From assembly GCA_050575255.1 (NCBI GenBank), contig JBNZDD010013732.1:10838394-10902393 (forward strand): a stretch of DNA of 64,000 nt, read 5' to 3'. Source of the stretch: Harriotta raleighana. Its lineage: Eukaryota. Positions 36,401-48,400 of this stretch are shown piece after piece (position 1 is the stretch's first letter; every line of letters begins with the position of its first letter). The translations under genes and the position numbers were made by a program. A model generated the notes under the pieces. That model ran no database searches. It was not told the origin of the DNA and saw only the letters and a list, made by a program, of their open reading frames with translations.

Positions 36401-39400
36401 AATGTAAATTTTATGAATCATTGCTGTCCTCCATTGTGACCCTGCTCCACATTCTCTCCTCCAATGTACAAAACAATTTATAATCCCAAGTGTGCTCTGA
36501 CTAGGTACTTAAAACAGGCCCAAGCCTAGAGCTTGTCAAAGGAGATCCAGCTTGACATAGATTTTTGAGGAGTGCATGTCACAGAAACAGGCCATTCAGC
36601 TCAAATAGTCCATGCTAGCATTTCTACCTTACATGAGTCTTCACCCGCTCTTCTCATACCATTCTATCCCGATCCCTCATGTGTATATCCAGCTTCCTCT
36701 TAAATGAATCTTTATTATCTGCTTCAACCACCGTTTTGGGCAGTGAGTCCCACATTCTCATTACTTTATACATGACGAAGTTCATTCTAAATTCTCTTAG
36801 ATCCCTTAGTGCTATCTTATACTGAGTGAGTTTATTTTTTAAAAAGCACATCTACCTGATCAAATATTACACTGTTCTGTTTTGTTAAAATTTTCTGCAG
36901 CCCTGTAGGTCAGAGCACTCGCCTTCCAAGTGAGAGACCTGAGTTCGATGCCAGGCAATAACAACAACAAAATTACACTTGTATCGCGCCTTTCATGTCA
37001 GAAGAACATCCCAAGGTGCTGAGTGAAACCTTGGGGAAGTTTTGTTACTCCACGCGCCTGATAATAATCCCTCAAGAAAAAAATAATAAATTGGTCATTT
37101 CAATCACCAACTGTTTGTGGGATACTGCTGTGCGCAATTGGCTGTCACGTTTCTCCCACAAATATAGTCAATTCACTTTACAGTATATTCTGTGAAGCAC
37201 TTTGAGATGTCTAGATGAAGTGAAAAGTGCTATATCAAATGCAAGGATTATTATTATTATACTTGTGTCCCTTGGTTACAGACTTTCCAACAAGTAGGAA
37301 CAGCCTATTTGTGTTAACTTTAGATGGTCATAATCTTTTTGTTCCCAAGAATCTTGTGATTCGTACAAAGCATACAAACTTGTACAGACCTCTGGAAATA
37401 AAACTTGCGCGGGTCACACAGAAACATTCCCATCTCACAAGGTGGCTACAGACAGAGCAAAAACAGATCAAGACAACATTCAACAGCAAGACCCCTCAAA
37501 AGTCCATGCAGTGACAGCAAAGCTTCACAGAACTGAAGATACGACCCCACATCATGTGATGTAAACAATTCACAACAGCATGATCTACAAAAGAGATCTG
37601 ATCCATCTTAAAGTGGCAGGACATCAGTGCAACGTGGAATGTATTCCGATTTTAAAAGGATTTTTTTTGAAAAAAGTGAATTGGTTTGAATAAGCTGTGC
37701 ACTTTTTCTTGGCATGTGGATTCAGCGTGAAGTCAGTGTAAACATTTTTATTTACTGAATGGACAACCGTTGTCATAACCTCCCTCTAGGGAGCCTGTAA
37801 GGCACTGCAAACCAACAGGGGTGAGTCGTGCCGCAGCTATACAGCCAGTCCCAGGCCAGTTATAGTTTGAGCTTCACAAGACAGGTCTGGATAAAGAGAG
37901 CTCTTCAGCCTGTTTGATCTCACCCTTCTAGAAGCTCAGCCTCATATCTTGCTATTCTGGCATCAAGCTGAATCCCATATCCTGGCGTCAACCACTTTTT
38001 TCATAGATTCTCTGTGTAAAGGAATATGTCAGAAATGTCACTTTGCAACCCTGAACCTTTGCCCTCTCCACCTGCTCCCTTAGTAAAACAGGCCAAACAA
38101 ACAGTTTGAAACTCCTGACACAACTGCAGTCTTCTTCCTGTATTTCATACCTGGTACAGTCAGAGCCAGAGAACCCATCGCCACTGCTTCACACAAACTT
38201 TCCAGCCTAACTCTGAACATTGTCACACTCAAAAACACAAATCAGATGTTGATGAGCAGGCAGCCACTGCTGATCTACTAATGCTCTACAGCATGTTACA
38301 ACACACAAGAAGGCCTTGTGTGTCAACTTAAATTTTGGGTCCCTCATCCTCCTCGCCAACTTTTCTTCCTCCTCCCTCCACCTCCAATGAGTCATTTAGA
38401 TTCTTCTTTCCCCAGTTCCAGGCACCCTCCAACTCCTCCCAAGTAAATAGCTCTTGAATGTGGGGTGAGCTTCAACAGTCATCGAGTGTCCGCCAGCAAT
38501 TCAGCTGTGAGGTATCAGTGTAGGGCACAACCCTGCCCCCAACCTGACCTATCCCCACACCTTCAATCTTCCAGTCGGGTCTATGGATGCTGATCAGGAG
38601 CAGGGGAGACTGACTGATCATCCTTTCTCTAAGAGTGAATTTTCTCAGCTCTCAAACACCATGATGACAGTGAGCCCAGCAACACTGAATGGTAGCAAGC
38701 TGCCTTCATGCTAGCGAATTCCTGACAATTGATTTTAATTGGTACTTGAGGACTTGCTTTTTGCAGGGAAACCCAGATTTGAGTAGACATTCTCTGAGCT
38801 CAAGGCCACACTTTGACATGGAAAGCTGCTGTTGTGAAAACATGATTCAGCCATTCCTGGGAGGTGAATGAAGCACAACACAAACAGAGCTACAGTTAAG
38901 ACACAGATGGACTGAAACAAATGGATCTAACCCACACCGACACCCACACACAAATGATGGCATATGTTTGCAGCATGAGAAAACAAATGAGGCATGGAGA
39001 CGGAGCAAAATTGTGCCAGGTTAGCATCACAGCCCAGTGTGCTCAGTCTTAACTGGCGATGAGATTAAAACAAAGACAAGACTCTTATCATTAGTTTACC
39101 GTCAGGCCTAGCCGGAGTTGTGGAAATAGCTGGAAGGAAGAGTAAGTTTGGGGTTTAGTAGTGATTAGTAAGAGAAAGCAGACAACATTCACATCTTTCA
39201 ACCGGTAACAGGCATGAATAATCTCCTCTGTGCTCTCTGATCATAAACTCTCTGAATCATGACATCTTACTCAGAAAGTGTTTTACGGAATGCCAGGGCA
39301 ATCATTTACGAATCATAAATTCAGTCGGTTTTGCGATCAAGTCATTCATAACCATGTGTTATTTTCAAAATGCCAATTGTTTATTGTAACTTGGGACAAC

Positions 39401-42400
39401 ATTGTGTTTGATGCAAGCATGTGTGGTTTGGTTCAAGATTGCTTTGGCCTGCTGCTGTTAGAGGTAAGACAAACTGAAGAGGTTCTGGGATCATTGCTCA
39501 ATGCTGCAGTTCTCTAGGCCATTCGGTCGAGGCTGTTTAGATCAAGACCGTTCTCAAAACCAGAAACTGCCACAAGTTATACCACTCACAGGGAAACCTT
39601 TCACAGTGTGTGAAACCACACTGTGGCAAAGAATAATACAAGTCAAATAATAAAATTACCATCAGTTTACAAATGTTAAGGACTAAATTAGTGAAGATAA
39701 ATGTAGCTCCTAGTAAGAGAGCTTTTCTGTCCCTTGTGTGTTTGGTGGCCTGTTAGTGAAGTATGGGTGTAAGATAAGGTAGAGGAATTGAAGTGATTGT
39801 GAACCGACGGAGGTTGAGGGGCTGAGCGTTTTGCAGCACAGCAGATTTCTATGTTTGTATGAGGGCCAGTTGCATTAATTATTGTGTCATGTTTCCCCTT
39901 GATCAGGGTCAGCGTGGAGAGCTTTTGTTTTGACCGAGTCACGGATTCGCTGAGCCTCCAAACACGTGTGGCATACAAATATGGGGTATCTCACCCAGTG
40001 CAAATACAAAACGTTTAGTCAGAGTGGGTCGTGCAAGAGCAACAAATGCGGGAGAAACTATGGCACTTGAAGTTTACAAGTGTTACATTCAGCCATATTA
40101 AAGTGCAAGTATTTATTACAGAGTAGACATGTGTTTCCCACGCGCTCCTGTTATTTTGTGAAATGGCCAGTGTGGTACATTTCTCTTCACCTCAACTGGT
40201 TACTGACAATATGAAGCTGACCATGAATAGATATCGGGAAATAATCAGAGATCCATTGTGAATTTTGACAAACCAGCTCCATTCTACCATCTGACTGTCA
40301 TGGAGGAAACAGGACTCTGAATATACCTAGAACAGTGAGGGCAGCTGTGGCAGAGTTCACGTCCAGGGTGGTGTTCACGATGCATGTGTATGATCCCTGG
40401 TCCTCTTCAGTCACACGAAGGACAGTTAAGGTGCCCCCTAACACCAGGTGCCTGAAATTACACAGCGTAATTTACGTTAATATAAGGCGTCTTTCACGTC
40501 TAAGTGGAGAGGATATCTCAAAGTGCCCAATGCTGGTTGGCCACCCAGGGATGTAAAGGATTTTCATGACCTCGATCCTTTCAAACAAATGAACTCTGGC
40601 TTTATTTGGTTGGCAGTTGTTTATCCACACAGCAGAAATGGCTGAACGGATTATTAATGTATGGAATTGGAAGCCAGACCTGTTTCAGGTGGTACAGATC
40701 GGTATAGTATTTACCTGTTATGGGACAGCAATGCTGACTTTTCCACAGCTGGTAATTTCTCAGACAATGTTACAATGGAAACAGTGAATAAGAACTTTCT
40801 CACAGACAGGGAAGGAAATCAACAGAATATATAGTGCCTTGGATGTGGGTATCAACTCGGAATACATTCAAGAGGATGTTAGTCCTTCACATGAGAGAGA
40901 ACGGAAGAGGTGAGAGGGAGTAAGAAATAGATGAGGATTTGTGTGGAATATAAAAACCGGCATGGACTGATTGGGCCTCGTGATTTGTTTCCATGCTATA
41001 CATCTGTGTAAATCTTTGTTAATATGCGCCTTCCAGGGCCTGGCTCAAAGCAAGCGCAGGCCTGGCTGAAAGCAAATGCAGCACAGGGTGTTGCGGGGAA
41101 AATTAGGGAAAATGTAAAGATGTTTCAATCCTTGGCTCTGTTTTCACAGAGTCTCCATTACCTGCTATCATCTGGCAGCTCCTCACCATTCTTGAGCCAT
41201 ATAATAATCGGAATCAGTGTTGGGTCATGCTTCACCCGACACTCGAACATAACTGTGCCCAACTTTTCCACAGACTGGTACTCAGGCTGTTTGATGATCG
41301 TAGTTGGATCTGAAAATTAACATTTATTTACCATTTTCAAACAGAAGAACCCTGAATTTTTCATTTGCGTTTGTGGAAAATGATTTGAAAGTGTCATCTC
41401 TGTTCCCATCCTGGAATTCGGGACTGAACACCATCACCCTGTGCTCAGAGTGGTTTGAGGAGGAAGCCCATCGTGGCCTTCTCAGAGCAGCCAGTCATGC
41501 TAACATTCTGGCACAGTCCTAACAACTCACTCACAACAAAAACAACAAAATTATGTTCACATTGTGAGGATATCCCAAGATGCTGAACAGTCAGTTGTCA
41601 GAACCTAGGCATGGTAGTGGTGGGGTGGGGTTGCAGAGTTGGAATGAGGGAGGGCAGAGAGGTCGAAGGGCGGCTGAAGGCATGGTTGAAAAGGACGGTT
41701 TTGAGTCAGGGATTGAAGGAGGCAAGGGAGGGAGCAAGGCAAAGGGTTTGTGGGATGGAGTCCCAAAGAGTGGGGGCAGAGAGTTGAAAGTCCAGCCGTC
41801 TATAGTAGGGTAGATCGGGCGTGTGACATGGAGCAGGGCAGAGCCTGCTGAGAGGAGAGTGCGAACAGATTGATAGGGGGACAGCAGGTCAGAGCAGAAG
41901 AAGGGGGAAAGACCTTAGAGGTCCTTGAAAGTGAAGATGAGGATCTAGAGTTCTAGGTCACCTTTGACCTCCAGGAAGGCTTGGTTGTGGGCAACTCCCA
42001 GAGTGTTGGTGGCGATACAGGTGTATCTCCCGCTGTTGTTCTTCTGGGCAATGATAATTTCCACTGTACCATTGTCATGGAAAACATAGGAATCACCATA
42101 CAGAATGCTGCCGTGTCCATCCTTGAACCTGTCGGTCAAGGGATCAAATGGAATATATAAATCTGTGCAATATATAAATCTGTCTCTAATAAGACCAACG
42201 TATGTGTGTGTATGTACATATCAGTGTACGTATGCACACTATATATTATGTATGTTACATATTGTATGTACCCATATATGTATGAGTGTACGTTTGTGCA
42301 TGTATATTCCCCTTATAACTTTAAATATTTTAGTAATGTCTAAACGATAGACGTGGACAGCAATTAAAGGATATCTCGAAAGGTGGTGCACATGGTATAA

Positions 42401-45400
42401 AAGATCTATCAGTGATTCAGATGCACTTGTCTGAAAATAATTAACCAGATTATAAAACCACATGGAGCTGTGTCGACAATGTATTTACCATTGGATTTTG
42501 GGGATTGGGGATCCAAAAAATGCACAGTCCAGCCAAGCAGGCTTGTTGGCTATAACCTGGTAGACCTGGTCATTGGAGCTAAGCATTCTCGGTGACTCAG
42601 CTGAAAAGATAAAGACACGCAACACATCAATGCCTAAAATCTGCAGATATTTCTTTTTAAAAAGTTTCCAAACACTAGATTCATGCATTTCAGTGGTACA
42701 AACTGATGAATTCACGGGATTGCGCACTGCAGGTTTAGGTGAATGCAACATTTGCTGAAAATACTCAAAACAACCTCATATCGGATGAGAGAGGTTTGCC
42801 ATGAGGTGTAAATTGAGCCTCATTCATAGCAGGGTGAATGCTCCTTTCTGGTTCTAGGGAATATACAGCATTCTAAAACCTAACTCAAGACCGATTGAAA
42901 ATAATGCCTTGAATACATCAGTTTCTGAAAAAAGTAATGCCATTATCCAAATGGATATTATTTGGAGTATCTGAGAGAAACACAGACTTGATGGTCCCAG
43001 GAAAACCCACCGAGGACATTGACGAATGCATTGGCTAGTAAGTAGCCATGCTGGTTGGAGGCGTTGCACTGGTAGACTGCACTGGTGGAAACCTGCACCT
43101 TTGTAAACATGATTGTGTCGTCCATCAGCTGTCGGCTGACATCGCTGGGGGCACCTGTGAATCACACAAGAGCACAGTTTTCACCACAGATCCAGAGACC
43201 AAATGCATTCCGAGAATAATAATAATTAATAGTAAAAATAAAATAATAAACCTTGCATTTGATGCATCGCCTTGCACGAGGAGAGATGAGTCCCAAAATA
43301 CTGCATAGGATTTACTGTAAAATGTAGTTATTGCACTACCTATTTTATAGGCAAATACAGCAGCCAATGTGTGTGCAGCAATGTCCCACAAAAAAACCAT
43401 AAAATTAATGAACAATTTTATTTATATAATTTAATAATAATAATCCATGCATTTGATATAGTGCTTTCCACATCTTATTGACGTCTCAAAGCGCTTCACA
43501 GAATGTACTGCAAAGTGAATTGATTATATATTTGTGGGCGAAATTTAGGGATTGTTGATCAGAACACTAGGAAAACCTTCCTTCTCTTTTCAAATAGTGA
43601 TGTGGGGTGTTTAACATCCACATAGTTGAATATCATATCCTAAGTACACCTCATCCCCAGAACTACAGTGGAGTGTCAGCCTAGATTATATGAGCCCCAA
43701 GGCATTGTGTAGGGCTTGAATGCACAATCTTCTGACACGGAGGCAGGAGTGCTAGCAATTGAGCCAGTCTAACCACCCAAGTATCACAGAAGACAAAACA
43801 GGAAATTGTGCGCCATTCTTCATTCACATTGCCCTTGCCCTTCCCGAAAAACAGATGTAAATTATATTTTGCTCTTACTTTCAATGGGAAAGCCATTGAC
43901 AAGCCATTGGACAGCAGGCTTCGGATTGCCGTTGGCTCTGCAGATTATCGTCCCATCTTCGCCTGGGGCCAGCACCAGGTTCTTGGGCTCATTTATCCAG
44001 TACGGTGCGGCTGTCAAGTCAGGAAACAAAGCTGCAGCTTCATTCTATAAAAGCAGGTCCCGAGCTGACTGCAATTACTACGACTATCACTCACAAAGTA
44101 TCTCTGCCTTATTTAAACTGCTGGTCACTGTTGTTACACATCCCCAACATGATTAAGCACGGAAACAACAAACACACCTGTGTGAAACTGCTCATTCCAT
44201 AACATAATTGGTAGAAATTGACACTTCTTCAATTGTTGAATTAATCCAACATAATTAATCCACGCATTTAATACGGCAACCATTCTGTTGAAATGCTGCA
44301 AAGGACTTCTTGGGCCATTGCTGGCAAGAGCATTAAAGAGTTTACGTGCAGGAGTGTTCACAGCAGGTGAGCAACACATATATACAGAGCAATGTCCTAC
44401 AGCCTTGAGTCAAAGACCACTTTAACTGTTCTTTCAAATAATGTTATCTAAAGTGACCAAACCTGCCTGAACTGAAGGTCAAATTGGTCAGCCTGAGGAC
44501 TGCTTCCTCTTCCAGACCTCCTCTTCCAGACCTCCCCTCCCACCCTCCAGATTTGCTCCATTACACTGGCCCAGTACCTTTGACTGTGACTGAAATAATA
44601 TGACTTCTGGTGCCCATCTTATTCCTCGCTGTGCATCGATATCTTCCAGAATCAGCTTCTGAGACGTCAATAATTTTCAGAGTCTTCTTGTAATTGATCT
44701 GGAAGGCCCTCTTACTGGGCAGTTCTCCTCCTTCCTTCATCCACCGAATTACAGGTGTGGGCCTAAAAATAAATCATAATAATCTTTACGTGTGAGACAG
44801 CGCCTTACATGTTGGGAGGACATCTCAAAGCATCCCAAATGAATCACTGAAAGGTGAAAGGACTGTGTATTTTGTAGTGATGTCCTACAAATAGCCATGA
44901 AGCAACTGACCAATTTTATTTGGGGGATTATTGGCCCGAACACTGGGAGGAAACTCCCTTCTCTTTCCAAATAATTAATTAACCTTTAATGTATACCTGA
45001 GCAGATAGACAGCACCTTGGTTTATTCGAGGATTGTACCTCCAATAATACAGCACAGCCCCAGCGCTGCACTAGAGTGCAAACTTAGAATCAGTTCAAAT
45101 TCCTGATGTGGGGCTTGAACACACAATCTTCTGACTCGGGGGCGAGTGCAAACAACCGGGGTAGGCTGACAAACAATATATATCAGGTAGACACGAGAAG
45201 CACATTTGACGCAGCAATTATAAACATGAAGAAATCGCCTAATGAAAGTTCTGCATGAGACTAAAGGAAAGGAAATATGGCAACAAAAGTTTTAACTTAC
45301 AGACCCTCCGAAATGCATTCTAGATACAGGATTTGTCCTCTCAACGCCGTTTTACTGCTGCGGACTCCTTTGGGGCTCAGAATGCTGGGCTTACGCTCTC

Positions 45401-48400
45401 CAGCAGGGCTATCTATAAGCATTGAAATACTGAAGTTAGACTGCACAAATGGCATGGTTAACCAGAACCTTTTGCAACAGAACAGAACGGCAGATAAAAT
45501 GTTCCACTGAAAGAACAGTGTCTTCAAATTTCATCTGATTGTAGCCTACAAGCCCAGTTGGTCTTACCATTTCAGTTCACGGCTAAAAACTGTGCAAAAT
45601 GCCTCAAATCATTCTGAAAATAGAAGTGGGAAATGAAGTATTTTCTATAATTGTGTTCCATCAGCAACTGAAAGACCAAATAGCTTCAGGAGCAAAGATA
45701 AAGCGAAATTCGGAGGCCCAGGACTGCAAAGTGATACAAAGACGAAAAGAATTTCAACAATAAACCACAAGTATAAAGAGCACCACTCGCACTAGTGATT
45801 ACGCTGCACTTTGATCACAAATCACTGGTTCATCCTGTTCTATGCCAGGGAATACAATTCACAAGTGATTCTCACAAGGGACTTGGAGCTGTGCTTTCAG
45901 GATCACTTTGGTTTGCAGTAAAAAAAATCCTGTAAATGTAAACGAAGTACCCATTTTTCTGCTCACCACTGGTCACTCAAATACTTATGGGTGGTTTCAA
46001 AATAGCATTAAAAACCTCAGGGTTCCAAAAATGGAGTGAATTATGTGTCAGATCCATGCGATGAGGAGCGAGATGGATAAATCAAGCTTCCATTGCTGGA
46101 AGCACAATGCTAATTCTTTTTCACAAGAACCAGCTGTGAGACCTTTGATCATATTCCATGTAGCATCCAGTTGGGATTCCGAAAAGCTTCAATTTAAATT
46201 TAAGATTTTGTTTTGCACAGATTACAGTCAGACTAGGGTCAAGCCGTGGCTATTGGCTGAGTCAAAATGCGCACAAAGTTTGGATCATCTGTGCTAACTG
46301 CAGGATAAGCACATAAACCTTCTGAGTCCAGCACACCTACGTTATACCTTCTTTAACCATTAGGCATAACCTTTCACATTTTACCTTTTAATCTTATCAA
46401 TATAGCACCGTGCACAGGCAAGTCTCGCTTATGACTGTAAGCAACTTACCGTTGAGACAGTGCTGGTGATGGAAACTAACAAGCGAGTGGGCTGCACCAG
46501 CATCTGGTTATAAAAAGCTATGTCTCTACTTATAAGCTCTATGTAACCTTTGTAACTGTTTGTTTCCTTTGACTTTCTCCTCATTGTTCGTTTGTGATTC
46601 TCTCTCTATCTCTCTGAGGCTAGGTTTCAATCCAATTTCTCAGTTATAATAAATATCCTTTGGGCACCTCAAAGTGTTTCACACATTTTTTATTCTAAAG
46701 TGTAATAACTGTATTTTGTAGGTGGCAGCCAATTTGCCTAGAGGGAATTTGATACACAAGTCTTTCAAAATTACTACAGAGACTGCAACATGTACACAGG
46801 TAGGCAGCAGGGTAGTCTGTTGCTGAGTCAACCCTGGGCTCAATGGAATAAGGATGGTACAAGAAGATAGAAATGGTTCTGCAACCTGGAACTTCTGTTC
46901 TTGTCAGACAACGACTATCGCTATTTTAGAAGGTAAGAAGAACCACAAATAAACCTGTATCATCAGCTTTGAAGTTGGCAGTTAAAATGTAGATTTGGGT
47001 CATTTTAAAACAACAATAGTTACCTATAAAAATAGGATGTTAGAGAGGGTGGGGTGGGAAACATTAAAAAAAAATTGCAGAAAGCTCCATTTCAACAGAC
47101 CTGCCAGATTATTGCATTGGAGACTAAGATGGAAACGTACTGGTATCTCTCTTTCGCCCACTTAACCTCAGTAGAAGAATCTCACTTTGCAAAACAGCTT
47201 TTATACCATTATTAAATCACAGCATCAACTTTCTCTGCGTATGTCCATTTTATGATTACTCCAAAGCCTTGAAACTCCCTTCCCAGCTTTTACTGTGCCA
47301 GAGGATCACAGTCAATTAGACAGGTTATTGCTTCCAATATTTTTAATGAACAATTTTGCTTCCACCATGTAGACCACTGAGTCAGTCACCACTAGTGGTG
47401 GGGGTGTCATAAACCCCCTCTCAACTTAGATTGTGGGCTATTTGAGATATCTAGAAGACGTGGAAAAAACTATATCAAATGCAAGGATTATTATTTCAAA
47501 CCAAATAAAGACTGTCGTACTATCATACTGAAAATGTAGTGCTACTACTCAGAATAATGCAACCAACACCTGCTTGCACATGCTACTTTTTCATGCAATA
47601 GTAAGTGCTGACCCCTGGAGGTAGCACCAATGTAAAGTATCACCTTTGATCCTGTAAAACTCACACTGGGTTTGAATTCCCAGTTTGGGTTCACTTTGAA
47701 TTGAAACTAGCCATGGAATGGTTTGAAACTTGGCAGAAGTCAGGTAAAATGATTGGAGTGCGCTTCACCTCAGGAGAACTTTCAAGTACATCCCCTCAGT
47801 ACTTTGAACTGGCAAAGGGGCTGTTAATGTATACCCTCAGTTCACAAAAGAAACGTTTCACTGTGTATTCATGGCAAACAGCTGACAAGAATTTACAAGG
47901 AGAGGTGGACTGGGACCATAACTCTGGAAGAATCTGCTGATAATTTCAAGCTGTGCTTAGTAAAAGAGACCGCAAAGTGAATTTATTGCTGCTTCCTCAA
48001 TTGGATCGATTGCAGTGAAATGCAGGACCACAAAATGAATCGTCATATAAACCATAAAGAGCTATCAGACAGATTAGTGGAATGCAATCTGGGGCACTGA
48101 TAAACTAACTGAGCAGTGTTGCACAACGTTATACAAAGGATGATCACTCCGTCTCTTCATGGTCCCTGGCACCTCGTCTCTGGCAGTAGCCAGCCTGAAT
48201 AATTATCATTCTGGGGACTCTAAAGTGGACTGACAACTGCCCATTTCAAGGAAGTGAAGTGTTTCAATCCAATATTGGCTTTCTGGAGCTGTCCTATAAA
48301 TGGTACTGATTCCCAATGGTACCAATAGTTCTCATGTGTGCATTGTGCAGCAAGTCCACTGAGGTTAGGCTTTTGTAGTTAGTATGAAGACATGACACAT

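Noticed and set aside
47769-47820. AG...GT-bounded segment between AE19 and Ig3
   Set aside because: 52 nt, frame-shifting, with weak splice signals.
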